Shown: in pieces, positions 1-9,145 of the stretch
Position numbering within the stretch: the stretch's first letter is position 1
Layout of the letters: each line of letters starts with the position of its first letter
From: Thermofilaceae archaeon
Lineage (GTDB): Archaea; Thermoproteota; Thermoprotei; Thermofilales; Thermofilaceae
NCBI GenBank assembly: GCA_038861545.1
Contig: JAWCCZ010000002.1
Span: 192,001-256,000 of the forward strand
Direction: 5' to 3'
DNA length: 64,000 nt
The notes under the pieces: generated by a model
Databases searched by the model: none
What the model was told of the DNA's origin: nothing
Seen by the model: only the letters and a program-made list of their open reading frames with translations
Made by a program: the position numbers and the translations under genes

Positions 1-275
1 CTTTGAAATCAGAGCCTGTAAGCAAAGCGCTTAGGAATCTCCTCAGCCTAGTAGAGGAGAGCGGGCTGGGGAACACCGATTTCGTAATATTTGGGCACAC
101 CCATGTTCCTGGCTTGCATGAAGTTGAGAAAGGGCGCATAGTTGCTAACACAGGGAGCTGGATAGAGGATGAAGAAGGGTTTTGTTGCACTTTTGTGAAG
201 ATTAAGGATAGGAAAATTACGCTGACGAGATGGAACGGTTCGGCGGGAGAAAATTTGATGGAAATAACGTTATAG
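1..275 (+). CDS. Calcineurin-like metallophosphoesterase, C-terminal part (truncated at window edge)
   Basis: VIFGHTH and NTGSW motifs typical of the C-terminal end of metallophosphoesterases. Confidence 0.75.
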   Translation, partial: LKSEPVSKALRNLLSLVEESGLGNTDFVIFGHTHVPGLHEVEKGRIVANTGSWIEDEEGFCCTFVKIKDRKITLTRWNGSAGENLMEITL

Positions 276-313
276 CTGCGGGAGCCGTATAGAAAGGTAC
301 TGATTGGGCTCAG

Positions 314-658
314 CTAATATGTTGGAGCCGTGGGCGGTGGAGGTGTGGTTTTCGCAAATTCTCTAGCATAGTACTCGGCAGAGTATTTCAAGAAGGAAGC
401 CATGGTTCCCAGAACGACTACTAAGTAGCCTATAACTATAAGCACAAGCCCCAGAATTATACTTCCGAAGTCAAACAACCCTTGCGGAGGGCCATAGGGA
501 GCAGTAGGACCTGCACCCATAGACTGCAATGCTGATATTATGGGTGAGCCAATCGCTGCGGCGCCGGCGATTATAAGGATAAAGCCGATAATCCACCAGA
601 TTAGGCTTAGCAGTAGAATCTTGAAAGCGGTCGCAAAAGCGGAACCCCATGTAGCCAT
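314..658 (-). CDS. Small two-TM membrane protein with Pro-rich loop and tail
   Basis: Two long hydrophobic segments. The ATG at 658 (MATWGS) lies downstream of an AT-rich promoter-like stretch and is preferred to the ORF-track start at 724. Confidence 0.7.
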   Translation of the reverse strand: MATWGSAFATAFKILLLSLIWWIIGFILIIAGAAAIGSPIISALQSMGAGPTAPYGPPQGLFDFGSIILGLVLIVIGYLVVVLGTMASFLKYSAEYYAREFAKTTPPPPTAPTY

Positions 659-787
659 TTTTAACTCCCAGAGTACTATCCTAAAACCTTTATTTATCCT
701 TATCGCCGGATAAGCTAAAAACAATTATAATCAATTGGGTTGAGATATAAAAGCTGTTAAAGGATAACTTCGTGCTGATCGATTTCT

Positions 788-1438
788 CTATTCCTTAAGC
801 AACCGCGGGACATTCACTGAAGTGTAAGAGTTTATCGCCCAAAAGTAGAACGCTGTCAAAGCCGTCATTATGCCATCCCCTAAAACTAAACCGGCTATGG
901 CGCCTATTTCGAATGGTAGAACGTAATGCAGCGAGGAAAAATTGTATACGCTGTGGGCAACAAAGGATAACGGCCATCCGCCGCGCTCAGCTAGCAAACC
1001 CAAGGTAAAACCAAGAAGAAGGTAGTGAGGCACCAGCAGGGCTGAACCCACTAGCGAAGCAGGGTCGCCGAGCCTCATATGGCATAAAGCGAAAACAAAA
1101 GCTTGCATTACATTGCCTAAATCCAGGAGCAATACACCACGGTAGAAAAGCTCCTCTACCAAAGCTGCAGCGATCATGAACACACTTAACATAGCTGAGG
1201 GGGCTGAACGCATAATAAGAGGATGGAAAGGTATCTGCGCCACTAGGGGTGCGATAAGAGCTATCAGCAGGTCCGGTTTCCTAATAGCAGGTGGATCCTG
1301 TTTCTTGCTTACTATAAGAGCTACCGAAAACAAAATCAGGGTTAAGTACGCTATTTCCGAAGAATAGAAGTTGGCTAACGCCGCGAAAACTAGACATGCA
1401 GTCAGCCATGCAACGCCAGTAACTTCTCCTTTATTCAT
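788..1438 (-). CDS. CPBP (CAAX/Abi) family intramembrane metalloprotease
   Basis: EELFYRG, FALCH and HSVYN motifs in a hydrophobic protein. Confidence 0.85.
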   Translation of the reverse strand: MNKGEVTGVAWLTACLVFAALANFYSSEIAYLTLILFSVALIVSKKQDPPAIRKPDLLIALIAPLVAQIPFHPLIMRSAPSAMLSVFMIAAALVEELFYRGVLLLDLGNVMQAFVFALCHMRLGDPASLVGSALLVPHYLLLGFTLGLLAERGGWPLSFVAHSVYNFSSLHYVLPFEIGAIAGLVLGDGIMTALTAFYFWAINSYTSVNVPRLLKE

Positions 1439-1551
1439 CCTTCATTGAAACCCTTTCGGTTAATTAAAGTTACTTAGTCCCCTAAACGGCTATTGACGTG
1501 CATACATCCTTTAAGGCGTAAAGCCTTTGAATAAGCTTTGCAAGCGCGAGC

Positions 1552-2406
1552 ATGCGTGATTTACTAGCAATAGTAAGAGCGGCGGCTAAGGCTGGCGGTT
1601 TAGCCGCCGCTAGGTTGCGAGAAGAGGAGGGAGTAGAGGAGGTTGGCCGAGGCAGCGGCGGCGATGTAGCTCTCAAAGGCGATTTAATCGCCGAAGAGAC
1701 TATTATAGAAACTTTAAAACGGGAAGTGGAATCATTCAAGCTCGTCTCAGAAGAAGCTGGTGAAAAAAATTATGGACAATGTGAGCTTTACTTCATCGTA
1801 GATCCTCTGGATGGAAGCAGAAACTATAAAAGAGGACTGCCCTTCTTTGCAACTTCTGTAGCGGCCGCGAAGGGGCCGAGCCTTAAAGATGTGTTAGCAG
1901 GAGCTATTTATGCACCAATGTTGGGCTTAGAATTTTACGCTGGAAAGGGAAAGGGTGCATACCTTAATGGCCGAAAAGTGCGCATGGCCCAGGACAGTGA
2001 AATGGTGGTGGCTGTGAACACTACTCCGAAAGCTTACTTCCTTCCACATATGCTAACTTTAGCTCTATCGATTAAAGGAGTGGTAATCCGTGCCCTAGGG
2101 GCAGCAAGTTTAGAGATAGCGGGAGTCGCCACAGGTTGGCTTAGCGCTTACATTGATCCCTGGTTCGCCGTACGAGTAGTCGATGTGGCTGCGGCACTCC
2201 TCTTAGCTGCTGAGGCTGGCGCTTACGTCAGTGTTAAAGGTAGCCTAACTAACCCACCTTCACTGTCCTTAAGAGAACGGCTTCATGTGCTGGTTGCTAA
2301 CTCGGAGCACGTCGCTGAACTGTTAAAGGAAATCGCCGTCAATGCTCTGGGTTTCCCGCCAGAGAAGCTGGTACACGGTAGTTTCTTAAATGAGAACGGG
2401 TGTTGA
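1552..2406 (+). CDS. Inositol monophosphatase / FBPase (FIG) family protein
   Basis: LVSEE, DPLDGSRNY, GAASLE and DVAAA motifs. Confidence 0.9.
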   Translation: MRDLLAIVRAAAKAGGLAAARLREEEGVEEVGRGSGGDVALKGDLIAEETIIETLKREVESFKLVSEEAGEKNYGQCELYFIVDPLDGSRNYKRGLPFFATSVAAAKGPSLKDVLAGAIYAPMLGLEFYAGKGKGAYLNGRKVRMAQDSEMVVAVNTTPKAYFLPHMLTLALSIKGVVIRALGAASLEIAGVATGWLSAYIDPWFAVRVVDVAAALLLAAEAGAYVSVKGSLTNPPSLSLRERLHVLVANSEHVAELLKEIAVNALGFPPEKLVHGSFLNENGC

Positions 2407-2411
2407 CTTGC

Positions 2412-3467
2412 ATGCCGTTTAGAAGACGTAAAGTGGCTATCCTGGGGGCCAGAAGCTTGGCAGCCCAATGGCTTGTCAGGCTGCTCGAAAATCACCCCTG
2501 GTTTGAGTTGAGCGCGTTAACGTCAAGCGAGGCTATTGGTAAAAGGTACTTTGAAGCAGTAAAGTGGTTGGCGGGGAGTGAGCCGCCCGAATACGCGGCG
2601 AACCTGGAGCTAGCTGAAAGCGATCCGAAAAAGCTGGACGCGGATATCGTTTTTTCTCTACTTCCAGGAGAAGTTGCCTTAAAACTTGAGCCGGAGTTTG
2701 CGAAAGCCGGCTTTGCTGTGATCAGCAGAGCGGCGCCGTACCGTTATAGCGGAAAAGTTCCTGTAATAGTCCCCGAAGTTAACCCTGAACATTTAGCTCT
2801 GCTTGAGCACCAGCAGGAGTTGTGGAGCGGTGTAGTGGTGGCGGATCCGAACTGCACTACAACTATATTAGCCCTTCCTTTAAAACCCCTGCATGATACG
2901 TTTAAGGTTAAAAAAGTCGTTGCTAGTACGCTGCAGGCGGCCTCTGGAGCCGGTTACCCCGGAGTGCCCTCCCTAGAGTTGATAGACAACGTTGTGCCCT
3001 ATATCCCGGGAGAGGAAGAGAGGACTACTAACGAACTTTTAATGCTTATGGGTAAGGTCTCAAACGGAAGCATAGAGAAAGCTAGCTTCGAAACGAGTTT
3101 AACCTGTACAAGGGTTCCGGTGCTAGAGGGGCACCTGGCTAGTGTGTTCCTGGAAACAGAGTACCCAGCTAAGGCACAAGATGCGATGGAGATTTTAAGG
3201 GAATTCCGGGGTAAACCGCAGGAGCTCGGGCTTCCCACGGCGCCGAGGCAACCGATTATCGTGCTAGAGGATTGCGACCGGCCTCAGCCGCGTTTGGACC
3301 GTTTACGCGGTGATGTAAACGGAATGAGTGTGGTCGTAGGACGAGTTAGGGGAAGAGACACTGATCACTCTATCCTTTTTGTAACTTTAGGTCATAACCT
3401 TGTGCGCGGTGCAGCTGGCTCATCGCTCCTTCTAGCTGAGTTGCTAGTAGCTGAAGGATATGCTTAA
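2412..3467 (+). CDS. asd: Aspartate-semialdehyde dehydrogenase (archaeal type) or close paralog
   Basis: PEVN, PNCTT (catalytic Cys), QAASGAG, TRVPVLEGH and HNLVRGAAG motifs; the Gly-rich loop is divergent; start set at ATG 2412. Confidence 0.8.
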   Translation: MPFRRRKVAILGARSLAAQWLVRLLENHPWFELSALTSSEAIGKRYFEAVKWLAGSEPPEYAANLELAESDPKKLDADIVFSLLPGEVALKLEPEFAKAGFAVISRAAPYRYSGKVPVIVPEVNPEHLALLEHQQELWSGVVVADPNCTTTILALPLKPLHDTFKVKKVVASTLQAASGAGYPGVPSLELIDNVVPYIPGEEERTTNELLMLMGKVSNGSIEKASFETSLTCTRVPVLEGHLASVFLETEYPAKAQDAMEILREFRGKPQELGLPTAPRQPIIVLEDCDRPQPRLDRLRGDVNGMSVVVGRVRGRDTDHSILFVTLGHNLVRGAAGSSLLLAELLVAEGYA

Positions 3468-3487
3468 CGCGAAGCTAATATAAATAG

Positions 3488-4441
3488 GTGATACAGATAG
3501 TGATGATGGAGGAAGTTCCATTCAGAGTTAGGGGAAGGAGACGTATTGAAATCCTAGTGCCGATTGCGGCGTTTCTATCACTACTGGTTATAGCGCTCTT
3601 GGTAATATGTGTTTACTCTGTCGCCTTGGGTGAGGTGGCGATTACCGTTGACCCGATAACGGGGGCGGTTAGCAAACCTGTTCTCGGTCCATCTTTAGCG
3701 TTTAAAGCCCCATGGGCTTACGTTGTCACAGGCTACGTCGGAGTTGAGGCAGTTGACATGTTCTTCGAACCACCGCGCGACTACCCCGCTGTAATAGCGC
3801 TGACGAGAGACGGTGTAATGGCTGAAGTGGATATTACAATCAGGTATAAGTTAATCCCGGAGAGGTTCGATATCCTTGTGAGACAGTATCCTAGGCTTAA
3901 CTATGAAGAAGACTTTCTAGTGGCCACGGCTAGGCAAGTCGTTAGGGAAGTACTTGCAAATTATTCTATGACAGACACTATTGAGAAAAGGGATGTTGTA
4001 GCGCGAGCTATCGAGAGCGAACTCTCTAGACGAATTAAGGCTGATCCCGTTATAGGAGTATGTCTCGAGCTTTTAGGTGTAAACATGAGGAATATTAGGC
4101 TCCCGGATGCAGTGATTAATGCGATTAACGAGAAAGTAGCTGCCCAGCAGAGAGCCCTTAAAGCCGAGTATGACCGGCAAGCCGCCCTCATACAGGCTAA
4201 CGCTAGCGCGCAATCTGCTCTTATACAAGCAGAGGGGCAAGCGAAAGCTTTATTGACTATTTCTCAAGCCCAGGCAGAGTCGGTAAAACTTATCGCTAAC
4301 TTGACAGGCGTTCCCGCTGAGAAAATTCTTAGCTATTACTTCTACCTACAGACGATCAAAGAATTAGCTGCTAGCCAGAAGGCTGTCGTCGTAGTTTCAC
4401 CCAGCGGCGTCGCACCGCTCATCTCCGTCCCGGGCGGTTAA
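3488..4441 (+). CDS. SPFH/band-7 (prohibitin-like) membrane protein
   Basis: N-terminal TM, LTRDG-x-VDITIRY, and an Ala/Gln-rich coiled coil (AEGQAKA). Confidence 0.85.
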   Translation: MIQIVMMEEVPFRVRGRRRIEILVPIAAFLSLLVIALLVICVYSVALGEVAITVDPITGAVSKPVLGPSLAFKAPWAYVVTGYVGVEAVDMFFEPPRDYPAVIALTRDGVMAEVDITIRYKLIPERFDILVRQYPRLNYEEDFLVATARQVVREVLANYSMTDTIEKRDVVARAIESELSRRIKADPVIGVCLELLGVNMRNIRLPDAVINAINEKVAAQQRALKAEYDRQAALIQANASAQSALIQAEGQAKALLTISQAQAESVKLIANLTGVPAEKILSYYFYLQTIKELAASQKAVVVVSPSGVAPLISVPGG

Positions 4442-4450
4442 GGTGATCGC

Positions 4451-6109
4451 GTGGGAGCTGCTCCACGCCACTTCGCTTACAAGGCGGCTGAAGAAGTCCT
4501 ACGTAGATTCCCGAATGAGAAACTGTACACAGTCGAAGCTGGAGTAACCCCTAGCGGTAAAATTCACTTAGGCAACTTCATAGACATTGTGCTAGCGGAC
4601 TCAGTAATGCGTGCGCTCAAAAGTACGGGGGTTGAGGCTGAAGGTTACTTAGCTGTCGATAGCATGGATCCATTTAGGCAATCCCCCACTTTTGCGCCTG
4701 AAGAGTTTCAGAGGGAAGCTGATCAGTACGTAGGTAAACCTTTTGAGAAGATTCCGGATCCGTGGAACTGCCACAAAAGTTACGCTCAGCACTTCGTGGA
4801 GCCGGTTGAGAAAAGTTTTGAAGCTTACGGTGTAGGGTTACAGGTAAAGTGGGCGAGTGGGCTGCATAGGAGTAGAGGCTACGTAAACTACCTACTAGAA
4901 GTATTGAAAAGAGCTGCCCAAGTCGTGGAGGTTTTAAACGAAGTGAAAAAGGAGGCTGGACACGCTAAGCTATACCCTAAAGGTTGGATACCTTACCGCC
5001 CTCTTTGCGCTTCATGCGGGAGGATCGACGAGGCTGTTAAGCCGCTTGAATTAACGGAATGCTTGAAGGTAAAATATAGGTGCTCCCATTGCGGCTATGA
5101 GGGGGAAGCCGATCCTTCGAAAGCAGAGGGAAAACCGCCATGGAGGGTTGACTGGCCGCTCCGTTGGCTTACGCTTAACGTGCATTTCGAGCCGCTCGGT
5201 AAAGATCATATGGCAAGCGGAAGCGGTTATGATACAGGCTGTGCTTTAGCTAAAAAAATCTTTAACCGCGATCCCCCGATACCTATTTTCTACGATTTCG
5301 TCTACTTCATAAAACGAGAAAACTCTGTTAAAATTTACTCAAAATTCAGTAAGAGAAAGGGAGTGGGCTTAGGAATCGATGAATGGCTTCGCTACGCCCC
5401 TCCTGAAGTCCTCCGCTTCCAGTTCCTGAAGAAAGATTCTTCAAATATCTTCGGCGAAGCACTCAGCCACTGGGATTTCGAGTTCGAGCAAATACCGAGT
5501 TATGTAGAGGAGTTTGACAGGTTTGAAGAACATGTATTCAATGATCCGAATCCACTTTTCCAGCAAACTTACAAGTTAGTGATGCCTAACGAAACCCCGG
5601 CTCGCGCCCCAAAACGTGTATCCTACTACCAGCTTGCCCGCGTAGCTGCCTGGATGGAGAACCTTGAAGATGGATTGAAAATGCTTGAAAGGCAGGGTAA
5701 ATTACAAGGGTTAGAGGATTGGGAACTAGTAGATGTTAAGAAAAGGCTTGGAATGGCTTGGGAGTGGCTTAAAATCGTCGGATATGGTGTTGTACTGCAG
5801 GACCCCATTAAAGCACTTGAGACCGTTAAGGCTCTCGAACCAAGGGTTGTTCAAGCATTCGTTAAAGCTGCAAGCGAGATCGTGGAAAACCGTTATACTG
5901 ATGTTAACGAGAGCGTGAGAAAAGCCGCTGAAAAGTTTGGGCTTACTGGTAGGGAGGAAAGACTCTATGTGTACAAGGTTTTCTACCGCTCCTTACTGGG
6001 AGAAGACTCAGGGCCCCCTTTAAGGAGACTGATATCTAGGCCTGAGGTAATTGAGCTTCTAAAAAAAATACTAGAAAAATTAACAATTAACTCCGCTTCC
6101 TCCTCATAA
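4451..6109 (+). CDS. lysS: Lysine--tRNA ligase, class I
   Basis: GVTPSGKIHLGN, CxxC zinc motifs, WRVDWPLRW, EPLGKDH, KFSKRKG and C-terminal GPPL. Confidence 0.95.
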   Translation: MGAAPRHFAYKAAEEVLRRFPNEKLYTVEAGVTPSGKIHLGNFIDIVLADSVMRALKSTGVEAEGYLAVDSMDPFRQSPTFAPEEFQREADQYVGKPFEKIPDPWNCHKSYAQHFVEPVEKSFEAYGVGLQVKWASGLHRSRGYVNYLLEVLKRAAQVVEVLNEVKKEAGHAKLYPKGWIPYRPLCASCGRIDEAVKPLELTECLKVKYRCSHCGYEGEADPSKAEGKPPWRVDWPLRWLTLNVHFEPLGKDHMASGSGYDTGCALAKKIFNRDPPIPIFYDFVYFIKRENSVKIYSKFSKRKGVGLGIDEWLRYAPPEVLRFQFLKKDSSNIFGEALSHWDFEFEQIPSYVEEFDRFEEHVFNDPNPLFQQTYKLVMPNETPARAPKRVSYYQLARVAAWMENLEDGLKMLERQGKLQGLEDWELVDVKKRLGMAWEWLKIVGYGVVLQDPIKALETVKALEPRVVQAFVKAASEIVENRYTDVNESVRKAAEKFGLTGREERLYVYKVFYRSLLGEDSGPPLRRLISRPEVIELLKKILEKLTINSASSS

Positions 6110-8009
6110 GGAGAAATCCAATCATTAAGGCAATTATAACTAATGTGGCTGTAATTATTATCTCAACAGGGATAGGCGCTTGTACTTCTTTTCCTTCAGG
6201 GATTTCTTGTCCCGGTTCCTCCGCAGGAGGCTGCTCTGGAGGTGCTGCTGGCGTTTCCTCCCGTTTTTCAGGTTGAATATAGTTTATCTCCTCGTAAGTT
6301 TGGCCTACATTACCTGCAAGGTCCCATGCTATGGCTTCCACTCGTAGGGTCGTCGCATTAAGCACCGGCAGCTCAACCTGGTAACTGTTCACGCCAATCT
6401 CTCGAGCTTCTAGCTCCCCTGATTCACTGCCTGTTGAGTACTTAACTAGAACTTTCCAAACCCCCCAACCTGAGTCGGATACCCGAAGATATAAGGTTAC
6501 GCGATCTTGCTGTGCAACCGGCCTCCTAGGCGTGTAAAGCGCAAAATTGATAGAGGGGCGTTCGTTATCCGCGTAGCTGGCTACGGTTACAAGGGACGTG
6601 GCAGGCTGGACGCTTAAGGTTAAGTGCGTTAAATGCCATGGAGCGTACGCTTTTGAATTTAACTCTTTAACTAGAGTTTTATTGCCGAACAAGCTGTAAG
6701 AATGCATGGGGATAGACCCGTTAAGGTATAGCGACGCCTCGATCTCTTTAATGGGTAACCCTAGTCTAGGATCCAGCTTAGCGAGTACAGTAGCAGCCTC
6801 GCGGCTTGCATCATATAAGATACGAAATACTGTACCATCCAACGTAAACGAGGAAGGTTCACTTAACGGGTTCTTCCCTGCCTGCCCTATAACTTCGACG
6901 CGGCCTTGCGCGTCAATAGAAACTATTTTGAAGCCCCTCCAATCCGCGCTGCCACCTGTCGTAGTGGTAGTAACGAACCAAGTTTTGTTATTATATACTA
7001 CAAGCCCATCCCCGTGAACGTGTCCGGAGAGCACTAAGCTCACCCCCCGCTCCTCTACAATCCTCAAAAAACGTTGAAGTTCCTCGGTGCGCTCAGCCCA
7101 GCTACTGTAAATGTAGCTGCTCAGTTTATCAGACTCTCTCCACGATCCCTCCACAGATGCGAAAAGGTTATAGCGGAAAATTGGGTGATGCATTAAAACG
7201 ATCTTAACCTTATTTAGATTAGCTGCCATGATTTTATCAAGCCATTCAAGCTGTTGCATGTCAGCATAGCCAGTCATACCAGTATCTAAGCTCGCTATCA
7301 GGAAAGGCCCTATTACCCTGTACCAGTTGGCGGGACCCACATAACGACCGTAGTATTTCTCAGAGAAGCTCTTGGCATCCGTTTGCGAGTGATCATGATT
7401 ACCTGGTATGAAAAACATGGGTTTCCTGATGCGATTAGCCAACTCATACAGGGTTTTAAATGCATTAATATCTGAGCCTATATCTACGCAGTCCCCAGTA
7501 ATAGCTACTAAATCTACTTGAAGAGTATTAACCAAGTTGAAGGCTGACTCAACGTACACTGTGCTTCGAACACCCCCAACTATTACCTCTACATGTAGGT
7601 CAGAGAGATGAGCTATGGAGAGCTTATTTGGTTCCTTCTCCAGTAGCCATATACTTTTAGGCTCCATAACGAGTTCGCCGGATACATTTAAGTAAAGGTC
7701 GTAAAGATTCGGCTCTGCTTGAACAGGAGCTTCGAATATTAAAGTAAAAGTATCACCGGTAGAGCCTGAGCTGATCAGCCTTAAAGTATAATTTACTCCC
7801 GGAGCCTTTATCCACGCTCCAGTGACCCTGCTCGAACTTAAAAGCGTTACATTAAAGTTTTGTCCGGGAAAAACCACAATTGGCATCGAGTACCTTGGGT
7901 CTATTACCCTCACTTCAGGGCTAGCTAAAACATAAGATGTTGTAAGGTATAGAAGAATAACGTAGAAAACCGCGGTAAGCGATTTAACATAAATTTCCCT
8001 ACTCCCCAT
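6087..8009 (-). CDS. Secreted, C-terminally anchored calcineurin-like metallophosphoesterase
   Basis: Signal/TM at N-terminus; DLH, GD, GNHD, HH and GHVH motifs; Pro/Glu-rich linker, TM helix and basic tail (MRRKRS). Confidence 0.85.
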   Translation of the reverse strand: MGSREIYVKSLTAVFYVILLYLTTSYVLASPEVRVIDPRYSMPIVVFPGQNFNVTLLSSSRVTGAWIKAPGVNYTLRLISSGSTGDTFTLIFEAPVQAEPNLYDLYLNVSGELVMEPKSIWLLEKEPNKLSIAHLSDLHVEVIVGGVRSTVYVESAFNLVNTLQVDLVAITGDCVDIGSDINAFKTLYELANRIRKPMFFIPGNHDHSQTDAKSFSEKYYGRYVGPANWYRVIGPFLIASLDTGMTGYADMQQLEWLDKIMAANLNKVKIVLMHHPIFRYNLFASVEGSWRESDKLSSYIYSSWAERTEELQRFLRIVEERGVSLVLSGHVHGDGLVVYNNKTWFVTTTTTGGSADWRGFKIVSIDAQGRVEVIGQAGKNPLSEPSSFTLDGTVFRILYDASREAATVLAKLDPRLGLPIKEIEASLYLNGSIPMHSYSLFGNKTLVKELNSKAYAPWHLTHLTLSVQPATSLVTVASYADNERPSINFALYTPRRPVAQQDRVTLYLRVSDSGWGVWKVLVKYSTGSESGELEAREIGVNSYQVELPVLNATTLRVEAIAWDLAGNVGQTYEEINYIQPEKREETPAAPPEQPPAEEPGQEIPEGKEVQAPIPVEIIITATLVIIALMIGFLLMRRKRS

Positions 8010-8066
8010 TTTTATCAGGTAAAAAATCTCCTAGGATTTAAAACTATTTTATCAGAATAATGTTAA

Positions 8067-9143
8067 CTACTCGAACTCCAGCTCCTCCCAGCCCCGGGCA
8101 GGGTAAACTTTAACGTCTTCACTCCTTATGTATAACTTTATTGGAGCTCCCTCGTCGACTTTCTCCTCTGGATCGATATAAGCTATCACCCGATCCCCAT
8201 TAGCATTAACTCTAAGCTGCTTGTAAGTACCTAAAAACATAACTAACTCGACCCTACCCTCTATTTGATTAGCACCTGAAATAGGGGTCAGGGAGAAATC
8301 TTCCGGCCTGAGGACAGCTATAGCCTCGTCCCCTACCTCTCCAACGGTTATACCCTCCAGTTGCAATCCGTTGCTCGTAACTAGCTTAACCCGATCCAAT
8401 TGTTTACCATCAACCCGGCCTTTTAGTAAACTGCCACGTCCTATGAAAGTAGCTATAAAAAGATTTAATGGTTTAGAGTAAACCTCGATGGGAGTGCCAA
8501 CTTGCAATATGCGGCCTTTATTCATTACAGCTACTCTATCTGAGATGCTCATCGCTTCCTCTTGATCATGAGTCACGTAAATTGTGGTTATCCCCAAACG
8601 CTTTTGGAGTCTTTTAAGCTCCTCCCTCATCCTAAGCCTGAGCTTAGCGTCTAAGTTGCTTAGTGGCTCGTCCATTAATAGAACCTTCGGTTCAACTACC
8701 AGGGCTCTGGCTAAAGCTACACGCTGTTGTTGACCACCGCTAAGCTGCAACGGGTAGCGGTTTTCAAGCCCTTCAAGGCCTACCAGTTTTAAAACTTCAT
8801 TTACCCTTCTTCTGATCTCGCTCGAGGCTGCGCCCCTTACCTTTAAACCATAAGCAACATTTTCGAAAACAGTCATATGCGGCCATAGAGCATAGTTCTG
8901 GAACACCATAGCGCAGCCCCTTTCAGACGGTTTCTTGAAGGTTACATCCTCCCCATCAAAAGTTACGTAGCCACTGTCAGGTAGCTCAAAACCGGCTATA
9001 ATTCTCAGCGTAGTCGTTTTCCCGCAACCCGAAGGCCCAAGCAGAGTAAATAGCTCGCTGTGTTCTATACTCAGCGTCACATTGTCAGCAGCTATTATGT
9101 TCTCAAACTTCTTTGAAACTCCTTTAAGGTCTACTCTCGTCAT
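8067..9143 (-). CDS. ABC transporter ATP-binding subunit (FbpC/PotA type)
   Basis: GPSGCGKT, LSGGQQQR, DEPLSNLD and a C-terminal TOBE-like region. Confidence 0.95.
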   Translation of the reverse strand: MTRVDLKGVSKKFENIIAADNVTLSIEHSELFTLLGPSGCGKTTTLRIIAGFELPDSGYVTFDGEDVTFKKPSERGCAMVFQNYALWPHMTVFENVAYGLKVRGAASSEIRRRVNEVLKLVGLEGLENRYPLQLSGGQQQRVALARALVVEPKVLLMDEPLSNLDAKLRLRMREELKRLQKRLGITTIYVTHDQEEAMSISDRVAVMNKGRILQVGTPIEVYSKPLNLFIATFIGRGSLLKGRVDGKQLDRVKLVTSNGLQLEGITVGEVGDEAIAVLRPEDFSLTPISGANQIEGRVELVMFLGTYKQLRVNANGDRVIAYIDPEEKVDEGAPIKLYIRSEDVKVYPARGWEELEFE

Positions 9144-9145
9144 AC

